Assembly: GCA_017403825.1 (NCBI GenBank)
Contig: JAFRDO010000014.1
Location: 629-64,628, forward strand
Source of the DNA: Kiritimatiellia bacterium
Lineage (GTDB): Bacteria; Verrucomicrobiota; Kiritimatiellia; RFP12; UBA1067
DNA length: 64,000 nucleotides
Reading direction: 5' to 3'
Below are positions 27,447 through 36,508 of the stretch, one piece after another. Every line of letters starts with the position of its first letter. Position 1 is the first letter of the stretch. The translations under genes were made by a program, and so were the position numbers. Below the pieces are notes generated by a model. It was not told the DNA's origin. It did not search any database and saw nothing but the letters and a program-made list of their open reading frames with translations.

Positions 27447-28931
27447 TCAGAACTGGAAATAGATGAACGGAGCCACGCCTTCGGGGGCGAGTCCCAGGAT
27501 GATGGTAAACACGACCGCCGCCAGGCCGCCCTGCACCCACGCGGGCCATCTGCGCACGCGGTCGGTGAGCCAGGCGAGCCGCGCTCCGTCGCAGAGCTGC
27601 AGGGCGAAGCCAGCCGCCAGCACCACCGCGCCGGCCGTCACCGGCAGCGTAGACTCCGCGCCTACGGCCCTGAACGCATTGAGGACCCCCTTGAAGGTCT
27701 CCATGCCGCCTGCGGAACCCGCCCTGAAGAGTATCCACAGGAAGGCGACCACGTGGAACACGAATATCCGCGCAAGCCACTTCGGCGGGCGGAAGGAAAC
27801 GATGCGGCCGAGCATGCGCTCCACCGCCAGCAGCGCGCCGTGCAGGATCCCCCACAGCGCGAACGCCCAGCCCGCCCCGTGCCAGAGTCCGCCCAGGAAC
27901 ATGGTGAGCATGAGATTCGCGTAGGTTCTCGCCTTCCCCCTGCGCGAGCCGCCCAGGGGGATGTAGAGGTAGTCGCGGAGCCACGACGAGAGCGAGATGT
28001 GCCAGCGGCGCCAGAACGTCTTGAAGCTGTCGGAGAAATAGGGCGCGTCGAAATTGATCGGGAACTCGAAGCCCAGCAGCAGTGCGCAGCCGATCGCGAT
28101 GTCGGAGTAGGCCGAGAAGTCGCAGTAGATCTGCAAGGTGTAGGCGTACACGCCCATGAGTGCGTCGATGGCGCCGAATTCCTCCGGCATGGCGAAGAGC
28201 GGGTCCGCGAGGTTCGTGGCGAGGTAGTCCGCGATGACCATCTTCTTGATGAGCCCCAAAAGGATGAGCACGCCCGCACGCGCAGTATCCAGCCTCGTCT
28301 CCGTCCCCGGCAGGTTTTCCATCGCCGGGATGAGGTGGCCCGCACGGACGATCGGCCCGGCAACGAGCTGCGGGAAGAAGGCAAGGTAGTTCGCGAAGTC
28401 GATCCAGCGCCTCGCGGGCTTGACCTCTCCGCGCGACACGTCGATCACGTAGCTCAGCGCCTGGAAGGTGTAGAAGGATATGCCCACAGGGAGGACGATC
28501 ATGTCCAGAAACGGCTGCGCCGACTCCAGGAAGGCGATCCACGCATCGCCTCGGCCAAGCCAGCCGGCCACCTTCACCCCCAGCGGGGCGACCGCCCCGT
28601 TGAAGAGGAATCCCGTGTACTTGAAGAACACGAGCACCCCGATGTTGAGCGAGACTGCCAGCACCACCGGCAGTCGGCCCGCCTGCGCCCCTCTCCCGGC
28701 CATCCACAGGGCGAAACCATGGTTGATGACGGAAGACGCGAGCAGCATCAGCGCAAACGGCCAGCTCCACCAGCCGTAGAACACAAGACTGGCGGCGAGC
28801 AGCACCAGCTTCCTCAGCGAGACGAACCCGTTTTCGCTGCCTGCATGCCGCTCCGCCAGTGCCGCCAGGCCCCAGTTGAGGCCGAAGACGACCGCGAAGA
28901 ACACGGCGAACGTCAAGGTCGGGAACAGCAT
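27447..28931 (-). CDS. MBOAT-family membrane O-acyltransferase (AlgI/DltB/PatA-like)
   Basis: The frame is that of ORF 27447..29012. ATG 28931 (MLFPTLTFAVFF...) overlaps the upstream stop by 1 nt (TGATG). MBOAT hallmarks: GISFYTFQALSYVIDV, FWRRWHISLSSWLRDYLYIPLGG, GGLWHGAGW. Confidence 0.85.
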   Translation of the reverse strand: MLFPTLTFAVFFAVVFGLNWGLAALAERHAGSENGFVSLRKLVLLAASLVFYGWWSWPFALMLLASSVINHGFALWMAGRGAQAGRLPVVLAVSLNIGVLVFFKYTGFLFNGAVAPLGVKVAGWLGRGDAWIAFLESAQPFLDMIVLPVGISFYTFQALSYVIDVSRGEVKPARRWIDFANYLAFFPQLVAGPIVRAGHLIPAMENLPGTETRLDTARAGVLILLGLIKKMVIADYLATNLADPLFAMPEEFGAIDALMGVYAYTLQIYCDFSAYSDIAIGCALLLGFEFPINFDAPYFSDSFKTFWRRWHISLSSWLRDYLYIPLGGSRRGKARTYANLMLTMFLGGLWHGAGWAFALWGILHGALLAVERMLGRIVSFRPPKWLARIFVFHVVAFLWILFRAGSAGGMETFKGVLNAFRAVGAESTLPVTAGAVVLAAGFALQLCDGARLAWLTDRVRRWPAWVQGGLAAVVFTIILGLAPEGVAPFIYFQF

Positions 28932-31900
28932 CAGTCTTCCCGCCCCCTTGGCATGACCACTATGATCGGCTTCGCTCCCGTGCGGCCCGTGCCGGCGGGA
29001 GCGGCCTTCCACTTCTCGAATTTCTCAGCCTGGGTCGCCCAGGTCGCCTTGCCCGTCTGCAGATAGACACTGCCGCGCTGGAGCTCGTGCAGCACCACCT
29101 TGGCGTCGGCCTGCACGGCCTCCGCGAGCGGCTTGTCGCTCTGGATCAGGATGACGTTCGCGAACATGGCCTCGAGCGCCTTCTCCATCTTCGCGCACCA
29201 CTCCTCCTCGGGGAGCCGCCTCACCCGCAGGCACAGGCCATCGAAGCCAGCCTTCTTTATGTAGGCGATGACGTCCGCAGGTTCGGGGTCGTTGTAGTAG
29301 CCGAGGTCCACGACCGGCATGAGCCGCAGACGGTGGTAGCGCGTGAAGACGCGCAGACTGTCTAGCGCGCGAGCGTCTGGAGAAGAGAGGGACCGATCCA
29401 CCGCCTGCTGGCCGACGACCGGCGCAATCACGCCCACGTCGCCCGCCCGCCCGCGCAGGGCCTCGAGAACGTCGTGCGTCGGCGCGGGGTCGGAGGTGCC
29501 GTCCTCCCTGACGGTCGGCAGCAGGTCCATGACGACGATTGTCGGGTTCATCGGGCCGGACGACAGCACCTTGATGCGCGTCTGAGCCATGCCCGTCTCG
29601 GATGCGGAGGCCGCCACCCCCCACCAGCCATAGCCGAGCGCGCGCGGAATATCGAGGGGCGTGGAGAACGCGGGATTGCCGTTGACATAGCCGATCGCAC
29701 CGTCGCCGCGGATCTCCAGCCGGAGCGTGAGGTCGTCTTTCGGACGGACCCACAGGACGCTGTCCAGCACCCGTGGCTCGCCGTTCTGCCATGCCTGAAT
29801 GCGCAGGAATCCGTCGCTGTCGAACCCGAAGCGCACCATGCCCTGCGTCGAGCGCCGCGCATAGAGCCAGAACGCGCCGAGCGACTCGCCGATCCTCGTC
29901 TCCAGGAACCCGTCGCGGAAGAGGTCACTGCGCTTGAGCCTCAGGTTGGTCTCGGATGGGTCGGGCAGGCCCGGCAGCAGGTATTCGCCGCCGATCAGCG
30001 CCCCGTTGTTGCCGAAAACCTCCCAGCTGTCGGAGAGACCGGACTCCGAGAAATTCTCGGTAACGGGCTGTTCGAGCGGCATCAGCGACATGTAGTTGCG
30101 CCGCACCAGGCCGTTCTTGGAATCCCTCGCCACGCGCCGCAGGAAGTCGAACGCCGCGCTCGACTCCGGGAACGTCAAGATCCCGGAGTCCTCGATTTTG
30201 CGGCGGAACCACATCAGGTTCTGGCTGTTGGGCGCGACCATGCCGATGATGTGCAGCAGGTTGTCGTAGCGCTCGGACGCCTCGTTGAGGTAGTTGTGCA
30301 GTGCCACCCTGATGTCGATGTTGCCGGGCTGGCGTCCGACCCAGTCCTCGAGAATCGCGCGCGCGTCCGCGCGCAACCCCTTGTGGTCGAGCCAACGCGC
30401 CTGCGCGAGGGCGATCTCGCGGTTGAGGGGGAAGGCCTTCGCGTACCTGTCCAGCATCTCGCGCGCCTCGTCCTCGGCCTTGCCGGTCGTCATCAGGTAG
30501 TCGGCGAAGGCCGTCACCACGCCGATTCGCCCGGGGTCGAGTTCGAGGGCCTTCCGGTAGGCCTCCGCCGCCTCGTCGCCACGCGTCTCGCGGACGTTCA
30601 GCCTCGCCTTGTATTCCCATGCGTCCGCGCTCGTCGGCATCGCCTCCGTCCAGCGCTTGGCGACGGCGTCAGCCTCAAGGAAACGGCGTTCGGACAGAAG
30701 CCGCTCGGCCCGGACGGCGAAGTCCGGATCGCCGGGGTTCGAATCCTGCGGCTTCGCGTCGATCGTCGCGAGCTGGTAGTAGTTGACGGCGCCGTCCTTA
30801 TCGTTCGGCACCACCGGCAGGAGCCCGTGCATGCGCTTCCTGAGGGCGGGCGTGACCTCCGAGCCGTCCGCAGCCACCACGATCACGCCCGGCAGCGTGT
30901 CAAGAAAGCCCACCGCCAGGCTCCCCGCCACGAACGACGCCGGGAACCTGACCGCTACCGGCATGTTGGTACACTCCGTATCCTTGCGGAACGACGCGAT
31001 CCAGCTGCGCATCAACGGCAGGCTCGTCTCCTCCAGTTCGCTCGCGTCTACGTAAAGCCCCGCGAACCCGCCGTCCTTGAACGCCTCCGCCGACGTCTCC
31101 CGCGGGATGTTGCCGAACGGGTTCTTCCCGGAAAGCTTCAGCCGCGGCCATACGCCGCAGAACGCCTTGGCCGCCTCGATCTTGATGACGTCGAGATCCT
31201 CCACGAGCTGGAAGCCGGCCATGCCGTCGCTCGCCGAAAACCACGGCGGCGCGATTCCGTCGTACCTGAAGGCCTGCCGTTCAAGCTCCGCGAAGACGTC
31301 CGTCTTGTCGCGTATCGACTCTGCATCCCAAAACGCGAAACGCGGCAGCGGCGCCCTGAGACGCGCGGATATGATCTCCACTTCCGCCTCGCCGGGATGG
31401 CCGCTCCATACGCCCGCGCCGACGAATCCTGGCCTGGGCCGAGGGTTCCCAAGGCTCACGCCCCCGCCGAAGAGCACCCGCCCGTCCAGCATCGAGAAGA
31501 GCGCGCCGCTGCGCGTGATGAGAACGAGCGAGTGCTCGCGGCCCGTACCGATGGGGGATTCCAGGAATTCAACGGCCAGCCTTTCGCCGGCCGTGCGTCC
31601 CGGCTGGTTGCGCGTCAGGATGACCGAGCTGTCCGTTCCGAACGTGAGCATCACCGCGTCGTCTTCGGCCACGTAGTTCAGGAGCACGGTGAAGCCGCCA
31701 CCATCCATGCGGAACTTGATTTCAAACGAGCCTTCCGCAAAGGCGTTGGATCCCATCACCAGCGCCTTCGAGCCGGTGGTGGAGCCTTTGTCTGAGACGA
31801 TCGGGTCGTCCGGGGCCTTTGCCCGCAGGTAGACGGAGGGGCTGTTGGCGTCTGGCATGCACTCGCCCCAGATCGCGCGCCACCTTTCCTTTCCCACGTC

Positions 31901-32944
31901 ACCCGCCTTCGGCGGGTCGTTCCAGCCGCCGGGTATCTCGCGCGGCCACACGCCGTCAAGGATGCGCACCAGCTCGTCGGCGCTCCACGCGGGATCCACC
32001 TTGAGCCGCGCGAGGCGGCGCGGGTCGGAGAGAGCGTCGTTGTAGCCGAAGCCGTCGATGATGAACCCCATTTCGTAGAAGTCCTCCACCGCCTTGAGGT
32101 TGGCTTCCCGCAACGGCTTGTTGTGCGCCTCGAACTGTCCGTAGTTCCCCATGGGGAAGAAGAACGCCCGCGCCGCGCATCCGAGCGTGTTCGTGAAAAA
32201 CGAAACCGCTGCAGCATGGTCGGCGCGGATGCGCCTGTCGAACTCCTCCGGGGTTTCAAATCGCGAAAGATCCGGCAGCCATGCGGGCGCGGAAAAGAAC
32301 ATCGCCGTTCGCCCGTCCGCGCCCGCAGTGACCTCTCCCGTGCCGTGGTCGGACTCCGCCGCCAGGTCCCACGTGGGGTTTGATTTCATGCGCTCCAGGT
32401 ACGGCGCGAGGATGACCCCTTCCGACTCCTTGCGCACGTCGTCCGTCACCACCCCCATGACGGCATGCCAGCGCCTCTTCTCCAGCAGGCCGCCGGCGGT
32501 GAAATACGAGCTTCGCCGCGAGTTCTCGAACGTGATCAGCAGCGACTTGGCGGGAAGGAGGCGCTTCTCCTTGTAGAACCTCGCCACGTCGTCGAGCGTG
32601 ATCGGGGTGTACCCCGCCGCCATCAGCGCGTCTAGCTGCGAATTGAACTCCTTCGTCGAGACGAAGTCCCCGCCGGCTTCCGGATTTGTCGTGACGCCGC
32701 CGTAGGCGATGGCCACGAACGAATCGCTCGCGCGCTTTGCCATGTCCAGCGCCGCCCGCTCCGTGCGCTCACGCTGCTTCCAGTAGATGCTGTTGATCAC
32801 GCCCCATGTCGCCACCCCCAGACACACGAGGCCAAGCAACACGAGCCAGGCGGTGCGGTTCTGGTCCTTGCGCATCGCCTGCGGACGCGCCCACCCGCTG
32901 CCCGGCATATTGGCGGAACTGGTTTTTTCCGGATTCTCGCTCAT
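28931..32944 (-). CDS. Giant (about 1337 aa) membrane-anchored periplasmic protein: PgaB-like CE4 domain with variant motif, beta-sandwich/LamG-like regions, TPR block, hydrolase-like C-terminal region
   Basis: The frame is that of ORF 28931..33052. ATG 32944 (MSENPEK...) forms an ATGA overlap with the GT2 stop. TM segment AWLVLLGLVCLGVATWGVI. PgaB-like N-domain (STKEFNSQLDALMAAGYTPITLDD...SLLITFENSRRS). TPRs (AEAYRKALELDPGR...). The C-terminal fold call is inference only. Confidence 0.7.
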   Translation of the reverse strand: MSENPEKTSSANMPGSGWARPQAMRKDQNRTAWLVLLGLVCLGVATWGVINSIYWKQRERTERAALDMAKRASDSFVAIAYGGVTTNPEAGGDFVSTKEFNSQLDALMAAGYTPITLDDVARFYKEKRLLPAKSLLITFENSRRSSYFTAGGLLEKRRWHAVMGVVTDDVRKESEGVILAPYLERMKSNPTWDLAAESDHGTGEVTAGADGRTAMFFSAPAWLPDLSRFETPEEFDRRIRADHAAAVSFFTNTLGCAARAFFFPMGNYGQFEAHNKPLREANLKAVEDFYEMGFIIDGFGYNDALSDPRRLARLKVDPAWSADELVRILDGVWPREIPGGWNDPPKAGDVGKERWRAIWGECMPDANSPSVYLRAKAPDDPIVSDKGSTTGSKALVMGSNAFAEGSFEIKFRMDGGGFTVLLNYVAEDDAVMLTFGTDSSVILTRNQPGRTAGERLAVEFLESPIGTGREHSLVLITRSGALFSMLDGRVLFGGGVSLGNPRPRPGFVGAGVWSGHPGEAEVEIISARLRAPLPRFAFWDAESIRDKTDVFAELERQAFRYDGIAPPWFSASDGMAGFQLVEDLDVIKIEAAKAFCGVWPRLKLSGKNPFGNIPRETSAEAFKDGGFAGLYVDASELEETSLPLMRSWIASFRKDTECTNMPVAVRFPASFVAGSLAVGFLDTLPGVIVVAADGSEVTPALRKRMHGLLPVVPNDKDGAVNYYQLATIDAKPQDSNPGDPDFAVRAERLLSERRFLEADAVAKRWTEAMPTSADAWEYKARLNVRETRGDEAAEAYRKALELDPGRIGVVTAFADYLMTTGKAEDEAREMLDRYAKAFPLNREIALAQARWLDHKGLRADARAILEDWVGRQPGNIDIRVALHNYLNEASERYDNLLHIIGMVAPNSQNLMWFRRKIEDSGILTFPESSAAFDFLRRVARDSKNGLVRRNYMSLMPLEQPVTENFSESGLSDSWEVFGNNGALIGGEYLLPGLPDPSETNLRLKRSDLFRDGFLETRIGESLGAFWLYARRSTQGMVRFGFDSDGFLRIQAWQNGEPRVLDSVLWVRPKDDLTLRLEIRGDGAIGYVNGNPAFSTPLDIPRALGYGWWGVAASASETGMAQTRIKVLSSGPMNPTIVVMDLLPTVREDGTSDPAPTHDVLEALRGRAGDVGVIAPVVGQQAVDRSLSSPDARALDSLRVFTRYHRLRLMPVVDLGYYNDPEPADVIAYIKKAGFDGLCLRVRRLPEEEWCAKMEKALEAMFANVILIQSDKPLAEAVQADAKVVLHELQRGSVYLQTGKATWATQAEKFEKWKAAPAGTGRTGAKPIIVVMPRGRED

Positions 32945-34488
32945 CCTCTCGTACCCCATTTCTTGCCGTCCAAAGTCAGGAAGCCCCAGTAGGTCTGCCA
33001 GCCGAAGAAGAAGATGTAGGAAAGCGTGAACAGGATTCCGGCATACCACCACCTACGGCCGCTCGTGATCCAGAAGTGGAGACACCACACCATCGTGATC
33101 GTGAGCACGCCGATCACATACGACGGATGCAGTGCCCCTTCCTGCAGGGGCGCAATGATAAGCGCCTGCACCATCACGACGGGCTCGGCGATCGGCATCC
33201 ACATCATGGCGTACCACGAAAGCGCGGGAACGGGGTGCTTGCGCCACATGAACTTGCCCGTCTTCCAGATTTCGCGCAGATAGGACCTCACCCACCGCGC
33301 CTGCTGGCGTGCGTACTGCTTCCACCCCTCGGGGCAGATCGTCGTCGCGAGCGCCTCGTCGTCGTAAATGATCTTGTAGTCCTTCAGGATGAGGTTCGTG
33401 AGCGAACGGTCGTCGGCGTAGTTCCCGTGCTCGCCCCAGACGGTCGCGTTGATCCAGTCGTCCATCACGGCGAGGACGCACGTCCGCCTGTACGCCGAAA
33501 AGCATCCGGGCAGGCAGCTCACGGTGCCGAATACGCTTTCGGCCGCCTTCATGATCTTGTACGAGAAGTAGTACCTCACGTCCTGCATCCGCGTGAGCAT
33601 GTTGACGTTCGCGTTCTCGATGTCGCAGTGGCCGGAGATTCCGCCCACCGTCGGGTCCACGAAGCCTTGCATCAGCTTGTGGAGCGAACCAGGGAAGACG
33701 AAGGTGTCCGAATCCACGCACACCATGAACTCGCCGCGCGCGAGGAACGTAGCCACCCCCCAGCCGTGGCAGAGGCCTCGGTTCTTCTCGAAATTCACCA
33801 GCACGAGCCCCGGATGGTTCGTCTGCGCCTCCTGGATGTGGACGAGCGAATCGTCCGAGGAGCCGTCGTTGACGCACACGACCTCAAGCTTGTCCAAGGG
33901 ATAGCCCGAGGAGAAGATGCGCTCCAGGGTCTTGCGGATCGCCTGGCCCTCGTTGAAACACGGCACCAGCACCGTCAGCGTCGGCTCGAAGTCGGCTTCA
34001 GCCGGCGCCTTGTAGAAGGCGGCGAAAATGAAGCGCGTGATCACGAAGGCGCCGGCGATGATGGAGTAGATCGACACGAGCGGCTGGTAGAAGTAGTTCT
34101 CGATGCTGTTCAGCTGCAGCGTCACCGCCCACGCCAGCAGACCCACCGCGCCGATCGCCACGATGATGCCGAATATGAAATGCGGGGGATGGTAGATCGC
34201 CTTCAGACGCGCCTTCACCTCTTCCGGCGAAGGCGGCTCCATCGACGGGGCGACCGGGCGCTCCAGCGTGCTCTGCACCATCGCCTGGCGGCAGTAGGGA
34301 CAGATCGTTGGCGGGGCCGTCCCCACGGTCTGGACGTCAATCAAACAGTGCGGACACCGACTGGAACGCACCTCCACCGAATCTCGGCGGCGGCTCCCGG
34401 AGACGGCGGGGCTGGGACTGGAACGCGTAAAAAAACTGCGCGTTCCCTCTCCCCCTGCCGTTGCCATCGATGTCATGCCGGTTGTCAT
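32941..34488 (-). CDS. Processive family-2 glycosyltransferase of the hyaluronan-synthase / NodC / chitin-synthase type, with an N-terminal C4 zinc ribbon
   Basis: 515 aa. CPHC...CPYC at residues 45-66. GT2 core: VLVPCFNEG, VCVNDGSSDDS, CVDSDT. HAS/NodC-type signatures: ADDRSLTN and QQARWVRSYLRE. Multiple C-terminal TM helices. Confidence 0.85.
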   Translation of the reverse strand: MTTGMTSMATAGGEGTRSFFTRSSPSPAVSGSRRRDSVEVRSSRCPHCLIDVQTVGTAPPTICPYCRQAMVQSTLERPVAPSMEPPSPEEVKARLKAIYHPPHFIFGIIVAIGAVGLLAWAVTLQLNSIENYFYQPLVSIYSIIAGAFVITRFIFAAFYKAPAEADFEPTLTVLVPCFNEGQAIRKTLERIFSSGYPLDKLEVVCVNDGSSDDSLVHIQEAQTNHPGLVLVNFEKNRGLCHGWGVATFLARGEFMVCVDSDTFVFPGSLHKLMQGFVDPTVGGISGHCDIENANVNMLTRMQDVRYYFSYKIMKAAESVFGTVSCLPGCFSAYRRTCVLAVMDDWINATVWGEHGNYADDRSLTNLILKDYKIIYDDEALATTICPEGWKQYARQQARWVRSYLREIWKTGKFMWRKHPVPALSWYAMMWMPIAEPVVMVQALIIAPLQEGALHPSYVIGVLTITMVWCLHFWITSGRRWWYAGILFTLSYIFFFGWQTYWGFLTLDGKKWGTRG

Positions 34489-34536
34489 CTAATCCACTTG
34501 TAACTTACCCTTCTTTGTGAATTCATTGAGGATATA

Positions 34537-34545
34537 TTATATCAA
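34537..34545 (-). promoter_or_regulatory. Extended -10 element TGATATAAT (minus strand) for the exopolysaccharide operon
   Basis: The reverse complement of 34537..34545 is TGATATAAT, ~49 nt upstream of ATG 34488, in the only AT-rich spacer upstream of the operon. Confidence 0.4.
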
Positions 34546-34585
34546 ATTTGATGCAAAAGCGTAATAGTGGAAATTCCCTGGAATA

Positions 34586-34594
34586 CCCCCCCCC
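34586..34594. repeat. Homopolymer C9 (G9 on the operon strand) upstream of the operon promoter
   Basis: Read directly: ggaata ccccccccc accttc. It lies ~45-55 nt upstream of the putative -10. Confidence 0.95.
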
Positions 34595-34682
34595 ACCTTC
34601 GGAGTTAACACAAAAAGCACGGAAAACAAGCAATTTCATTCCGTGTATTCTGTGTATTCAGTGGTTTTGCAATTACCTCCTA

Positions 34683-35471
34683 CTACTGCGCGAGGTAACC
34701 GCCGTCAACAGGCAGGCAGACGCCCGTGACAAACGACGCCGCTCCGCTAAGGAGGAAGCAGATTGCCGACGCGACCTGCTCCGGATCGCCCAGCCCAAGA
34801 GGCTGCCTTGCAGCGAGGGCCGCCTTTGCCGATTCGCCGGCTCCAGCCGTCAGAGACTCGAAAAGCGGCGTGCGGATATGCGACGGGCAGACTGCATTGA
34901 CGCGGATCCGGCGAGGCGCAAGCTCGACCGCCAATGCGCGGACCGCCGCGTTCACCGCGCCCTTGCTCCCGGCATAGGGGGCGCCGCCTGGCCAACCGGC
35001 CTCGGCCGAGACGGACGACACCGCGACAGCGGAAAAGCCGTCGTTGGAAGACCCCTTCCGCGTCAGCCGCCGCATCAAAAGCATAAACGCTCCGTAGCCG
35101 ACGGACATGGAATCGGCGAGCACGGCCGGGCTGACGACGCCAACGGGCACTACCGTGCAGGCGCCAGCCGCATGCACGAAGCCGTCCAACCGGCCGCCGT
35201 CGACAGCGCTGGCGGCAAGCTCATCGACGAATGCGGCGTCCTTCAGGTCGCCGGCGACAGCCATATGCGCGTCGGGACGCGCCATCAAGCCGCGCGTGCG
35301 CTCCAGCTCTTCGCTCCGGCGACCGGTCAGCACCACGTCCGCACCGAGCGCCGCCGCAAGAACAGCCGTCGCACGGCCAATGCCCGACGATGCGCCGGTA
35401 ACCAGCACGCGCCGGCCGACAAGGCTCATCGGATTGCATGCAGTCGCGTCCATGTCGCCCAAGCTCCTCAC
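34683..35471 (-). CDS. Short-chain dehydrogenase/reductase (SDR) family oxidoreductase
   Basis: VLVTGASSGIGRATA (TGxxxGIG) and the YAGSKGAV catalytic motif. The start is uncertain (GTG 35471 overlapping the upstream stop, or ATG 35429). Confidence 0.85.
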   Translation of the reverse strand: MRSLGDMDATACNPMSLVGRRVLVTGASSGIGRATAVLAAALGADVVLTGRRSEELERTRGLMARPDAHMAVAGDLKDAAFVDELAASAVDGGRLDGFVHAAGACTVVPVGVVSPAVLADSMSVGYGAFMLLMRRLTRKGSSNDGFSAVAVSSVSAEAGWPGGAPYAGSKGAVNAAVRALAVELAPRRIRVNAVCPSHIRTPLFESLTAGAGESAKAALAARQPLGLGDPEQVASAICFLLSGAASFVTGVCLPVDGGYLAQ

Positions 35472-36508
35472 GCCTGCCTCAGAAGGTTGTTGCGGTAAAG
35501 CGCCCGGACGGCATCGCAGTCAAGCGTATGCCCGGCGCGGAAAGAGACAACGGTGCCGCAGAAGCGGTGCTCCCCGGTAAGGGCGAGCGCCGCCATCAGG
35601 TCCAAGGCCGCCCGGTGCCAGACCGGCTCCAGGAACTTGTCGCCTACTGGGAAGCGCGGTTCGGTATAGTAGCGCTTCGGACCGTGAATAAGTATGTTGC
35701 GCTCATTGTAGCCCCAGTTGCGCGTCGCGGCAAACAGCTTGCCGATAGTCTTAACGAAAAGATACTGGCGGTGGGTCGCGTTCGTGCGTGCCAAAGCCGC
35801 ATACCGAAACGTCTCGGGCGTTACGTCGAACAGCACGCGCTGGCGGCCGATCACCGTGTTCCAGGAGATGGCGCAGTCAATGCGCAGACGGCGGTCGCCG
35901 CCTTCCGCCGGAAAGAAAAGGAGAAAGTCGCCGCGGTTGCCGCCGAAGGCGACCGGCTCGCGAACAGTTACATAGGTCGCGTCGTCGGTCCCCTCCACGA
36001 TGCCGGCGCGCTCAACCGTCTCGATCAGCGGCATCGACGACTGGTCGAAGAGCGGAGGGTCGCCGGAATAGACCTTCAGCAGCACGTCGTCAAGCCCCAG
36101 GCCGCACTTGAGCGCGATTATGTGCTCGACCATGCGCAAGTAGTTGTGCGGCGAGCCAGACCTCAGCACCAGGTTCTGCGCACTGGTCCAGAGGTTGGCG
36201 ATGTCCACCTTTGTGTCAAGCTGCTCCGGCTGGTCCATGCGGCGGATCCACCAGCCCGGGCGCTCGCTCGGCGCGAACGTGATAGTCTGCCGTTCGCTGC
36301 CCTTGAAAGTTCCGATACCGGCGACCCGGGCTTCCCCGGCCAAAGCCTGCCGCCGCGCAAGAAACGGCGAAGGCGCACCCGCCTCCGCCAGCCGTGTCTC
36401 GTCAATCGGTTGATCCCTAAAAAGTCGGTACGCCGCATCAACCGATGCGGCGCTGCCGAACACGATCCTGCCGATCGCGTATTCGGGCATCTCGCCCTTC
36501 ACCGTCAC
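35468..36508 (-). CDS. LpxC-family (UDP-3-O-acyl-GlcNAc deacetylase-like) protein with N-terminal extension
   Basis: [45 protein letters not shown] parallels E. coli Lpx[50 protein letters not shown]...FRAGHTLD parallels HKMLDAIGDL...KSGHALN. The start is GTG 36508 (GTGA overlap with acpP) or ATG 36490. Confidence 0.65.
   Translation of the reverse strand: MTVKGEMPEYAIGRIVFGSAASVDAAYRLFRDQPIDETRLAEAGAPSPFLARRQALAGEARVAGIGTFKGSERQTITFAPSERPGWWIRRMDQPEQLDTKVDIANLWTSAQNLVLRSGSPHNYLRMVEHIIALKCGLGLDDVLLKVYSGDPPLFDQSSMPLIETVERAGIVEGTDDATYVTVREPVAFGGNRGDFLLFFPAEGGDRRLRIDCAISWNTVIGRQRVLFDVTPETFRYAALARTNATHRQYLFVKTIGKLFAATRNWGYNERNILIHGPKRYYTEPRFPVGDKFLEPVWHRAALDLMAALALTGEHRFCGTVVSFRAGHTLDCDAVRALYRNNLLRQA

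Noticed and set aside
29474-31795. 773-aa + ORF. I also considered and rejected the long ORFs 32806..34503 (+), 27432..29066 (+), 18255..19877 (+) and 21137..22441 (+), all opposite EPS-operon genes.
   Set aside because: All are antisense or off-frame to minus-strand genes with strong family motifs. All are Arg/His/Gly/Asp-rich with no recognisable domains.
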